A stretch of 64,000 nucleotides of DNA. Source: Blastocatellia bacterium UBA7656. Its GTDB lineage: Bacteria; Acidobacteriota; Blastocatellia; UBA7656. The stretch is from assembly GCA_002483445.1 (NCBI GenBank), contig DLHY01000054.1, positions 9,149-73,148 of the forward strand, written 5' to 3'. Below, piece by piece: positions 21,122 through 29,866 of this stretch. The notes beneath the pieces are model-generated. The model was given only the letters and a program-made list of their open reading frames with translations, was not told the origin of the DNA and searched no databases. Both the position numbers and the translations under genes were made by a program. Positions within the stretch are counted from its first letter, which is position 1. The number at the start of each line of letters is the position of its first letter.

Positions 21122-22942
21122 ATGAAACTCAAAAAAGCCGCAGCAAGACTGCTCGTGGCAGCCCTCGTCGCTCTTCCCGTTTTTGCAGGATTCCTACCGG
21201 GAGAGAGTTTCGACAGCAGCACTGTTTCTGCTCAAGCTCCGAGAGGCACACCACGTTCAGCCAGCAAAATTTCCCCTGACCTGTTAAACCAGGCGTCATT
21301 GAGAAACGACAACGCGCCCGTTCGCGTCGTCATTCAGTTCAGCGGGACACTCCGAAGCGGTCTGATTTCGGCCTTCGGCAAAATGGGCGGGAGGCTGGAG
21401 AGAGTTTTTGACCGCGTCGGATCGCTGACCTTGAGTGTGCCGCTGCGCTTTCTCAATGCTCTGGCAGCCCAGCCGGAAATCAAGTACATCTCTCCAGACC
21501 GCCCGACTCAGATGAGCGGTCATCTGGAGGCGTCTACCGGCGCGAACCTTGTCAGAAACTACGTCGGAACGGGCGGGCTGACCGGCGCGGGCATCGGCAT
21601 AGCCATACTCGATTCGGGAATCTACTCTCCCCACCACGCATTCCTTAACAGGATCGTGGCAAGCGTAGATTTCTCCAGCGCAAGCACGAGTCCATATCCC
21701 TACGGTCACGGAACGCATGTGGCCACCCTTGCCGCAGGAAATAACCACATTGCTAGCGGCGCCTACACCGGCATAGCTCCGGGAGCCAACATAATCGATG
21801 TTCGAGTACTCAACTCCCTGGGTCAGGGTACAACGGCGGGGCTTCTCGACGGTATAAACTGGTGCATAGCGAACAAGAACACATACAACATCAAAGTGAT
21901 TAACCTCAGCCTCGGCACTGTTGCGGTCGATTCTTATAAAGATGATCCGATTTGTCTGGCTGTGCGTCAGGCGGTCAACGCCGGAATAGTTGTATGCGTT
22001 GCAGCAGGGAACCTGGGAAAGGATGAACTGGGCAATAAGATTTATGGAGCAGTTCATTCTCCCGGCATAGAGCCTTCGGCAATAACGGTCGGAGCCGCCA
22101 ACTCGAAAGGAACAGATTTGCGCAGCGATGATGTGGTGGCATCCTACAGTTCTCGCGGGCCGACGAGAGGATATTACACGGATGGGAACGGCGTAAAACA
22201 TTATGACAATCTCATCAAACCTGACCTGATCGCTCCGGGCAACAGGCTTATAGGCGCGCAATCCCCGAACAACTATCTGTTGCTTCAACACCCTGAACTT
22301 GAAGCGAACGTAAGCACATACACCTATCACAGGATGATGCGCCTGAGCGGATCGTCCATGTCGACGGCTGTCGTATCGGGGTCTGCCGCTTTGCTGTTGC
22401 AGAAATCTCCCTGGCTCACGCCCAACCTGGTCAAAGCGATATTGTGCTACACCGCGCAGCCTCTACAGGGATTCAACAACCTCGAGCAGGGAATGGGCCT
22501 GCTCAACGTGGAAGGCGCTGTAAGGCTTGCGAGCCTTATCCGCCCGGATCTGGCTTCGCTCTCTGTCGGCGCTCCGCTGCTCGTCGGCACGCCTCCAATC
22601 GAGGTTTCAACCATTGCCGGAAACTCTTTCTCGTGGGGCGGCGGCATAACGATGAAGTGGAACTTCATTTATGGATCGAGCCTCATCACCCAATATCAGG
22701 GCATCTACTCAACCGGAGTAGTCATCTCCGACGGAGTAGTCATCTCCGACGGAGTGTTCATTCGCAACGCCAACCTGATAACAAATGGGGTGGTTCTCTC
22801 AGACGGGGTGGTTCTCGCAGACGGGACGGTTCTGTCGGACAGCACCCTGGTGGGTACGGCTGCGGCGCTTCACGCTCTGTCCGTGCCTGCGACAGGAGAT
22901 CCGGGCGAAGAAGCGAGCGTAGTTGATTCCGGCACCAGTTGA
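21122..22942 (+). CDS. Secreted S8 subtilase with C-terminal hexapeptide (GVVxSD) repeats
   Basis: Signal peptide, prodomain, triad motifs ILDSG / GHGTHVA / SGSSMS, oxyanion AAGN. Confidence 0.92.
   Translation: MKLKKAAARLLVAALVALPVFAGFLPGESFDSSTVSAQAPRGTPRSASKISPDLLNQASLRNDNAPVRVVIQFSGTLRSGLISAFGKMGGRLERVFDRVGSLTLSVPLRFLNALAAQPEIKYISPDRPTQMSGHLEASTGANLVRNYVGTGGLTGAGIGIAILDSGIYSPHHAFLNRIVASVDFSSASTSPYPYGHGTHVATLAAGNNHIASGAYTGIAPGANIIDVRVLNSLGQGTTAGLLDGINWCIANKNTYNIKVINLSLGTVAVDSYKDDPICLAVRQAVNAGIVVCVAAGNLGKDELGNKIYGAVHSPGIEPSAITVGAANSKGTDLRSDDVVASYSSRGPTRGYYTDGNGVKHYDNLIKPDLIAPGNRLIGAQSPNNYLLLQHPELEANVSTYTYHRMMRLSGSSMSTAVVSGSAALLLQKSPWLTPNLVKAILCYTAQPLQGFNNLEQGMGLLNVEGAVRLASLIRPDLASLSVGAPLLVGTPPIEVSTIAGNSFSWGGGITMKWNFIYGSSLITQYQGIYSTGVVISDGVVISDGVFIRNANLITNGVVLSDGVVLADGTVLSDSTLVGTAAALHALSVPATGDPGEEASVVDSGTS
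22714..22755 (+). repeat. Perfect 18-bp tandem repeat encoding GVVISD
   Basis: cggagtagtcatctccga x2 plus cggagt. Confidence 0.9.
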
Positions 22943-23012
22943 TCGAGCGCAAATGGCACGCACTGAAAAGAAACCTTCGTCCAGCAGTATTCTTGTAAGG
23001 AGAGAGTCTGAA

Positions 23013-24404
23013 ATGGCCTTCAAAACGGAAAGCGATAAGAAGAAATTGCCGACAATGCTTACCGTGTTGAGCGCGCTCGTCATAACAGCAGGGCTTGCTG
23101 TCGCTGCGCTCGCCACTGCCCGACAGGCTCTCATACCGGGTCGCGCGTGGCTGATGATGATAGCTCTGGCGATAGTGGTCGCCCCGCTCGGCGCGCTCTA
23201 CATTCCGGGGCTGAAAGCCAAAGTGACGATCAGCGAAGTGGTGACATTCTCCTGCGCGCTTCTCTTCGGCCCGAGTGCAGCCGTGATTGCCGCCCTCGCC
23301 GATGGCGCGGTCATCTCCCTGAAAGTGACGAAAAATCCTCGCAAGTTTTTATACAACTGCGCCGCGTTCGCTTCATCGATGGCTGTCGCATCTCTGACTG
23401 CCAGATATATCTTTCCCGCGTTCGGAAATCCGAACGCTCCGTCTTCAGCCGCCGTGATGATCTCGGCCACTGCGCTCTTCACGCTTCTTTACTTCCTGAT
23501 ATCGACCTCTCTTGTAGCCGCTTACATAGCCGTCTCCAACAAGCAATCGCTTTTGAAACTGTGGAGAGAGAGTTTCCTGTGGACTTCCATAAGCTACCTT
23601 GTGAGTGGGGCGGCGGCTCTCGCTGCTTTCTACCTCGTCGGTCGATTCGGCTATGCGAGTTTCTTCGTCCTTGCGGGCGCGATGATGATGATCTTTCTGT
23701 TTTATCGAACTTATTTCCAGAAAGTAGAAAGCGCTAACCTCAAGGCCGAGCAGATGGAAGAGATCAACTACCACACGATAGAAGTTCTCATCACCGCGCT
23801 TGGAGCCATAGGCATTGCGACCAAGCTGAATATCGGAAGAGTCGAGCGTCTGGCGGCAGAGCTTGGCCAAAGGGCCGGATGCTCGGCGGATGATCTCAAG
23901 GCATTGCGACTCGCCGCGATGCTCCATGACATAGGCAATATGGCCGTGCCTCAGCAGATTCTGGAAAAGCCCGGCGCGCTGACGGCTGAAGAATTCGGTC
24001 AGGTCAAGATTCACCCACGCATCGGCGCGCGTATGGTCGAATCGATTGGGTTTCCCTTCCCTGTGGCCGATATCATTCGCTATCACCACGAGCGGTTCGA
24101 CGGAACAGGCTACCCGGAAGGACTGAAGAATGACAGTATTCCTCTGGCCGCGAGAGTCCTCGGCATAGTCGATTGCTACAACGCGCTGACTGTAGACCGA
24201 CCCTATCGCCAGAAACTCAGCCGCACGGACGCGATTGATGTGATGAAAGACCTCTCAGGTAAAGCTTTCGATCCCGCGTTGCTGGAAATTTTCTTCAAGG
24301 TTGTCAGCGAGATTGATGAAGAAGCATGTCGCGCTCAGACTGTGAGCATCAGCGAGATGCAGGCTGAAATCATCAGCTATCGTCGCGCGTGGCAGGCCGC
24401 CTGA
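23013..24404 (+). CDS. Multi-TM membrane sensor fused to a degenerate HD-GYP domain
   Basis: Hydrophobic N-terminal domain; LHDIGN, HHERFDGTGYPEGL, DRPYR; AAGGAG RBS. Confidence 0.88.
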   Translation: MAFKTESDKKKLPTMLTVLSALVITAGLAVAALATARQALIPGRAWLMMIALAIVVAPLGALYIPGLKAKVTISEVVTFSCALLFGPSAAVIAALADGAVISLKVTKNPRKFLYNCAAFASSMAVASLTARYIFPAFGNPNAPSSAAVMISATALFTLLYFLISTSLVAAYIAVSNKQSLLKLWRESFLWTSISYLVSGAAALAAFYLVGRFGYASFFVLAGAMMMIFLFYRTYFQKVESANLKAEQMEEINYHTIEVLITALGAIGIATKLNIGRVERLAAELGQRAGCSADDLKALRLAAMLHDIGNMAVPQQILEKPGALTAEEFGQVKIHPRIGARMVESIGFPFPVADIIRYHHERFDGTGYPEGLKNDSIPLAARVLGIVDCYNALTVDRPYRQKLSRTDAIDVMKDLSGKAFDPALLEIFFKVVSEIDEEACRAQTVSISEMQAEIISYRRAWQAA

Positions 24405-24457
24405 ACCTAAATCGCGCCGTTCGTTTGTTTGGCCCTGTCTTTCGTAGAATGGCAAAA

Positions 24458-24477
24458 TGACCGAAACCGGTCAGTCA
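24458..24477. promoter_or_regulatory. Putative activator-binding palindrome (second copy)
   Basis: TGACCG-AAAC-CGGTCA-GTCA, about 95 bp upstream of a GG-N10-GC site. Confidence 0.35.
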
Positions 24478-24571
24478 ACCTGATGCGAAATGCCTCAAAA
24501 GGCAAAGGTCTGATTGTGCGCGTATGCTTGTATCCGGCTGTGAACAAACAGGCTTGAAATTTTCCCGTTAG

Positions 24572-24587
24572 TGGAACGGATGATGCT
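24572..24587 (+). promoter_or_regulatory. Putative sigma54 promoter
   Basis: TGGAACGGATGATGCT = GG-N10-GC with two mismatches to TGGCACG-N4-TTGC. Confidence 0.4.
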
Positions 24588-24649
24588 TGGTTTTCTCTGA
24601 TCAAGGTCTGTCAGCGTCATTATTTGAGATAAGTACTGAAGGCAGGAAG

Positions 24650-27088
24650 ATGGCCCAACCCCTTATAAAGAAGGATCGTTTGCCCGCAAGGTCTTTCATC
24701 ATCGGCATATCGGTTATCGGCCTGACCATCTTCGCTTACTCGCTTTATCAGGTGGCGACGACTCCGGTCAATGCCGAGTGGGTGCTTCTAACTCTGATCA
24801 CGGTGCTTTTGATTTCGCGCATCGATATAGGCATCCCGAAAACTTCAAGCAAGATCACCATAACCGACACCTTTCTTTTCATATCGGTTCTACTCTACGG
24901 CCCATTCCCGTCGGTCGTGCTTGCGGGACTCGATGGCGCGGTCGTATCGCTTACGGAAAAGAACAGGCGTCGGGTGATACCATTCAATGTGGCGGGGCTG
25001 AGTTTGTCGATGTTCGTTTCAAGCACGATCGTCGGCGAGGTGTTCGTAAATCTTGAGGCGAGAAAGACCGATCTGAGCCTGCTCTTTATGGCGGCGGGAC
25101 TGCTGGCGCTGATTCATTACATTCTCAATTCAGGGATAGTCTCGGTCGTGGCCGCGCTTCGTCGGCGGCGAAGCCTCATTCAAACCTGGAAAGAATCCTA
25201 CCTTCTGACCTCACTTTCTTATTTCGCCGGGGCGATAGCCGCCTGCCTCATCATCAAGCTCATCGATACAGTTTCGTTTTATGCTTTCATCGTGGCCGTT
25301 CCCATCATCGCCATCACATACTTTTCATACAAGGTCTATCTCGATAACCTCGACGCTTCGAATCGACACGCCGAGCAGGTGGCCGATCTTCACCTCCGCA
25401 CCATTGAGGCGCTGGCCATCGCCATAGACGCCAAGGGCGAAGTCTCTCACGATCATGTCCATCGCGTTCAGGTCTACTCCACAGGGCTTGCTCGCATATT
25501 CGGATTGAGCGACGCCGAGATAGAAGCCCTCAAAGCCGGGGCGCTCCTGCACGACATAGGCAAGCTGGCCGTGCCGGATTACATTCTCAATAAGCCCGGC
25601 CCGCTCACTACAGCCGAGTTCGACAAGATGAAGGTTCATACCATCGTCGGCGCTGAGATACTTGAGCGCGTGGGCTTCCCTTATCCGGTGGTTCCCGTAG
25701 TTCGTCATCACCACGAAAGATGGGACGGGCGGGGATACCCCGACGGACTCAAAGGCGAGCAGATTCCCATCACCGCCCGCATACTCGCCGTGTGCGACTG
25801 CTTCGACGCCGTTCGCGAGGATCGCCAGTATCGCAAGGCGATGACCCGCGAGCAGGCTCTTCAGATTCTCCGCGAAGGCAGCGGGACGGTCTTCGACCCT
25901 AAGGTTATAGGCGCGTTCCTCGAACACCTTGATGAGTTCGAAGCCGAGATTCGCAGCATGAGAGTCACACCTCACAAGTTCGAAGACCGGCGGGCCAAAA
26001 AAATCGCCGAAACCAATCGACTGGACAACGATAATAAAGCCTTTGAGCGCATTCGCAGCGCCAATCGCGAACTCATCACGCTCTATTACATAGCTCAGAC
26101 CATCGGCACGAGCCTCGATTTGAGAGACACCTTCGCCGTCTTTTCCGCCCGACTCGAAGACATCGTCAGCTACACGACCTGTGTGCTTTACCTGCAAAAG
26201 ACCGATTCGACCGAAGTGGAAGTCGCGCATGTTTCAGGACGAAATTCTGAGCGATTCAAAGGTCGACGCATGGCTTCGGGTGCAGGCATAGCAGGCTGGG
26301 TCGTAGCCAATCGCCACTCGATGCACAATTGCGATCCGGCTTTGGATTTCGACACGATGAAGATCGAAATCCCCGAACTTTACAAAACCGCGACCGTCGT
26401 GCCGCTGATGAAAGATGATGAAGTTCTCGGCGCGCTCGGCCTCTATTCGGCTGAAGTGGCTTCCTACGACACGGATCACTTGAGACTGATGGAAGCCGTA
26501 GCCAAGCTCGCTTCCGACGCCATAGCCAACGCCGTGCAGCACGAGCGCACGGAAACGAGCGCGCTCACGGATGTCATCACCGGACTTCCGAACGCGCGGG
26601 CGCTTCGCTATCGCTTCGAAGAAGAAGCTGACCGCGCAAAGAGACACAAGGATATTTTCTCGGTGGTGATGATGGACCTCGACCGTTTCAAATCCGTCAA
26701 CGATCAATTGGGGCATCAGGCCGGAGATCATCTCCTCAAAGAGTTGGGGCGCATCCTGCTTGCGCAGGTTCGCTCGTCGGATTTCGTCTGTCGTTATGCG
26801 GGAGATGAGTTCGTGGCCATTCTTCAAATCGGGTACGACGAAGTGCAGGAGCTTCTTTCTCGAATTCAGAAGACGGTCGCTACTCACGATTTCGGCTTCG
26901 GCAGCACGAACGTCTTCATCGGATTGAGCCTGGGCGCAGCCAGCTTCGGAACGGACGGCGACACGCTCGACGAACTGCTGCTGGCCGCCGACCGCGCGAT
27001 GTATGCCGACAAGGCGCGGCGCAAGAACCTGATGAACGAGGCTGGCACGTTCAAGACATCAGACCTGAGCCAATATCGCGTGATGTGA
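24650..27088 (+). CDS. Membrane sensor HD-GYP-GAF-GGDEF protein
   Basis: TM domain; HDHVHRV, LHDIGK, HHERWDGRGYPDGL; GAF; DLDRFKSVND, RSSD I-site, RYAGDEF. Confidence 0.92.
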   Translation: MAQPLIKKDRLPARSFIIGISVIGLTIFAYSLYQVATTPVNAEWVLLTLITVLLISRIDIGIPKTSSKITITDTFLFISVLLYGPFPSVVLAGLDGAVVSLTEKNRRRVIPFNVAGLSLSMFVSSTIVGEVFVNLEARKTDLSLLFMAAGLLALIHYILNSGIVSVVAALRRRRSLIQTWKESYLLTSLSYFAGAIAACLIIKLIDTVSFYAFIVAVPIIAITYFSYKVYLDNLDASNRHAEQVADLHLRTIEALAIAIDAKGEVSHDHVHRVQVYSTGLARIFGLSDAEIEALKAGALLHDIGKLAVPDYILNKPGPLTTAEFDKMKVHTIVGAEILERVGFPYPVVPVVRHHHERWDGRGYPDGLKGEQIPITARILAVCDCFDAVREDRQYRKAMTREQALQILREGSGTVFDPKVIGAFLEHLDEFEAEIRSMRVTPHKFEDRRAKKIAETNRLDNDNKAFERIRSANRELITLYYIAQTIGTSLDLRDTFAVFSARLEDIVSYTTCVLYLQKTDSTEVEVAHVSGRNSERFKGRRMASGAGIAGWVVANRHSMHNCDPALDFDTMKIEIPELYKTATVVPLMKDDEVLGALGLYSAEVASYDTDHLRLMEAVAKLASDAIANAVQHERTETSALTDVITGLPNARALRYRFEEEADRAKRHKDIFSVVMMDLDRFKSVNDQLGHQAGDHLLKELGRILLAQVRSSDFVCRYAGDEFVAILQIGYDEVQELLSRIQKTVATHDFGFGSTNVFIGLSLGAASFGTDGDTLDELLLAADRAMYADKARRKNLMNEAGTFKTSDLSQYRVM

Positions 27089-27113
27089 TCGCGTGGAAAG
27101 TGATTCGACCCAT

Positions 27114-27156
27114 CCAAACGCCTTGCGCTGCGCCGAGCGCAAGGCGTTTGGTTTTT
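27114..27156 (+). terminator. Rho-independent terminator
   Basis: CCAAACGCCTTGCGCT-N6-AGCGCAAGGCGTTTGG followed by TTTTT. Confidence 0.85.
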
Positions 27157-27332
27157 GCTGACAGGTTGTGTTAGAAGTTTTCTGCAAGCCGAACTTGTAA
27201 AAAAATTGTAATTACGCAAATCGAGTTTTCTTCTTTGAAACCTGAGAGCTTATTATTTCAGTATGAGCGTTTGAGGCGGGGGCGATGACGCTTCATCACG
27301 CCGGATATATTCAAGGGATAAGGTGAACCATA

Positions 27333-27734
27333 ATGGAGAGCAAGTCAGCGCAACAGGCAGAACAGGAGATCGAAACGACTCCTTCCAAAAAGGCGAAACC
27401 AGCTTCTTACTCGATGATGGATCCCAAGATGCGCCGCATCTACGGCGAGTTCTATCGCGAGCTTTATTACTCCGAATCGAAAGCCATTGACACCAAAACG
27501 CAGGAGCTGATCTCGATAGCCGCTTCGCTCGTCGCCAAATGCCAGGGCTGCATCGAAGGCCATATAAAAAAGGCTATCGCTGCCGGAGCGACCAGAGAAG
27601 AAATCAGCGAAGCAATATCGATAGCCGCTGCCATCAACGCCGCCGCGATAATCGATCTGACGGATACGGCGGCAGCCAACCTCAACATCGACCACTTTCC
27701 AAGCGATGGCCCTCGCTTCAACGTAAAGCAATGA
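27333..27734 (+). CDS. Carboxymuconolactone decarboxylase / AhpD-like protein
   Basis: IDTKTQELISIAASLVAKCQGCIEGH...GATREEISEAI. Confidence 0.85.
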   Translation: MESKSAQQAEQEIETTPSKKAKPASYSMMDPKMRRIYGEFYRELYYSESKAIDTKTQELISIAASLVAKCQGCIEGHIKKAIAAGATREEISEAISIAAAINAAAIIDLTDTAAANLNIDHFPSDGPRFNVKQ

Positions 27735-28657
27735 GAAAGACACAACTGCTCGTCGCCGCATTCGCCTGCCTCCTGGCGGCATCGGCGGCTTCAGCACAGA
27801 CGCCTGTTGCTGCGAGCCGCATTGAGTATTCGTCCTTCACGTCTCCCTCGCTCGGACGCGATATAAAATTCGCAGTCCAGTTCCCGCCCTCCTACCAGGC
27901 CGACACGAAACGAAAATATCCGGTGCTTTACTTCCTGCACGGGATGAACGGCTCGGAACTGGAATTCGAGCGGCGTGGAGTCGCTGCCGCCGTCGACCGC
28001 CTTCGCTCGGAAGGCAAGATAGGCGAGATGATCATAGTCGCGCCCGCCGGAGAAAACAGTTTCTATATCAATTCGAAAAACGGCGCGCGCTACGAAGACG
28101 CGATCATCAAGGACCTGATCCCTCACGTCGAAAAAAACTATCGCGCGATTGGAAATTCTTCGGGTCGCGCGATTCAGGGGCTTTCGATGGGAGGATTCGG
28201 CGCGCTGCTGCTGGCCTTCAAACACCCGGAGATGTTTTCATCCGTCACGGCTCATTGTTCCGCGTTGTTCGTGGAACTGCCCAGCACGCAGGGCAGCGAC
28301 CGGAGGGCGCAGTTTTTGAGCCGCCTGATCGGGAATATGTTCGGCAATCCGCCGGATGATGAATATTTCCGCGCCAACAATCCAATCCACATTGGCGAGA
28401 CGAACGCCGCCGCGATTAAAAAATCGGGACTGAAAATTTATTTCGATGTCGGCGAGCAGGATCGCTACGGCTTTCAGGAATCGAACAAAGCGTTCGATGA
28501 GAGACTGACCAAAGCGGGACTGGCGCACGAGTACCATCTCTTCCCCGGCGGTCACGGCTGGGAGTATATGATCTCGGTCGCGGAGAATTCTTACTCGTTT
28601 CTGTGGAAAAACCTCAAGCCCGCCGCCAGCGCGACGGGAAGCAAATCGAAACGCTGA
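27731..28657 (+). CDS. Secreted alpha/beta-hydrolase esterase
   Basis: ATGA overlap with upstream gene; signal peptide; YPVLYFLHG, GLSMGG, PGGHGW. Confidence 0.88.
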   Translation: MRKTQLLVAAFACLLAASAASAQTPVAASRIEYSSFTSPSLGRDIKFAVQFPPSYQADTKRKYPVLYFLHGMNGSELEFERRGVAAAVDRLRSEGKIGEMIIVAPAGENSFYINSKNGARYEDAIIKDLIPHVEKNYRAIGNSSGRAIQGLSMGGFGALLLAFKHPEMFSSVTAHCSALFVELPSTQGSDRRAQFLSRLIGNMFGNPPDDEYFRANNPIHIGETNAAAIKKSGLKIYFDVGEQDRYGFQESNKAFDERLTKAGLAHEYHLFPGGHGWEYMISVAENSYSFLWKNLKPAASATGSKSKR

Positions 28658-28659
28658 TA

Positions 28660-28856
28660 AGAGTCTTGAGAGTCTTGAGAGTCAGGAATGGCTTTGAACC
28701 TTCTGACTCTCAAGACTCCTCCGAAAAAAGCCTGGAATCGAGAGTCTGGAGTCCGTTATTTGGAGTCGTCACCCGTTTTTCATTCTGTCAGGGCGTCGTC
28801 TCTGACGACCATGTATGACTCTCTAGACTCGATAGACTCGATAGACTCTCCGGACT
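28660..28856. repeat. Composite intergenic repeat: nonamer tandem palindromes flanking a dispersed ~80-bp element
   Basis: GAGTCTTGA and GACTCGATA tandems; 28728-28808 nearly identical to 56214-56294. Confidence 0.8.
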
Positions 28857-28899
28857 ATTTTAATTGACATCCCCAGCCCTTTTTGATTTGCTCCTAGCG

Positions 28900-29745
28900 G
28901 TGTCAAGTCAGCCTGAGAAAAATATTCGAAAACGATTTCGTGAAATAGTTTCGCAGGAAGACCTTCGGATCGATCTTGCGGAAGCCGCTTTGCTCATTGC
29001 CGCCGAGGAATACCCGCGCCTCGACGTTGAGCTTTATAAGGAAAAGCTCGACCGCTTCAGCGACATGGCTCGTGAGCGGGCGCGGGGCGCAACGCTTGCC
29101 CGCGCTGTTATCTCGGCTCTCAACGAAACGCTTTTCGAAGATATAGGCTTTCACGGCAATCGCGATCACTACTATGATCCGCGCAACAGCTTTCTCAATG
29201 AAGTCATTGATCGCCGGACGGGGATTCCTATCACGCTCACTGTCATTTATATGGAAGTCGCTCGAAGGATCGGATTTCCGGTTCGCGGCGTCGGATTGCC
29301 GGGTCACTTCATAGCCAAATACACGGATGAGACGGAAGAGATATTCATCGATCCTTTCAACGACGGGCGAGTTATGGGAGAGTTCGGCTGCGCGGAATTG
29401 CTTTTGGAGATGAGCGGCGGCAGATTGAAACTCGACCCTTCGCACCTCGCGGCGGCGACCAACAGACAGATACTCGCGCGTATGCTTTCGAATCTTCTCA
29501 GTATATACGGAGGAAGCAACGATTACGCCCGCGCGCTTGCGGTCATCGAGCGAATATTGATTCTCGATCCTGATTCCACGCCTCACATTCGCGATCACGG
29601 GCTGCTGCTCGCGGCGCTGGGCGAAAACGCGAGAGCCGCTATGGAGCTTGAACGCTATCTCGCGCTTGCGCCCGACGCAAAAGACGCCGAGGCGATTCGC
29701 AAACAGATCGCGGCGATCCGTCAGGGACAGGCGAAGCTGAATTAA
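28900..29745 (+). CDS. SirB1-family transglutaminase-like plus TPR protein; start uncertain (28864 or 28900)
   Basis: YYDPRNSFLNEVIDRRTGIPITL, GVGLPGHF, FIDPF, C-terminal TPR. Confidence 0.9.
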   Translation: MSSQPEKNIRKRFREIVSQEDLRIDLAEAALLIAAEEYPRLDVELYKEKLDRFSDMARERARGATLARAVISALNETLFEDIGFHGNRDHYYDPRNSFLNEVIDRRTGIPITLTVIYMEVARRIGFPVRGVGLPGHFIAKYTDETEEIFIDPFNDGRVMGEFGCAELLLEMSGGRLKLDPSHLAAATNRQILARMLSNLLSIYGGSNDYARALAVIERILILDPDSTPHIRDHGLLLAALGENARAAMELERYLALAPDAKDAEAIRKQIAAIRQGQAKLN

Positions 29746-29747
29746 AA

Positions 29748-29830
29748 TCAGGAGTCAGGAGTCAGAAGTCAGGAGTCAGAAGTCAGGAGTCAGAAGCCGG
29801 GAGTCGAAACACGTTCTGACTCCCGGCTTT
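29748..29830. repeat. Heptamer (RAGTCAG) tandem repeat ending in a hairpin
   Basis: tcaggagtcaggagtcagaagtcaggag...aagccgggagtc...gactcccggctt between convergent genes. Confidence 0.85.
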
Positions 29831-29866
29831 CAGGCATCTGTTGAAATGTTCGGAAGGCTGCGCGAT

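Noticed and set aside
24449-24540. Possible c-di-GMP-I riboswitch (GGCAAA...GAAA) upstream of the GGDEF gene
   Set aside because: Lacks the GACGCAAA junction and a P3/P1 closure; the hairpin is better explained as a DNA palindrome
27539-27730. Long N-terminal extension of the esterase ORF
   Set aside because: Overlaps the AhpD-like gene out of frame; the signal peptide starts at ATG 27731
28660-29830. CRISPR-like appearance of short repeats
   Set aside because: Units are 7-9 bp and contiguous, with no unique spacers and no cas genes
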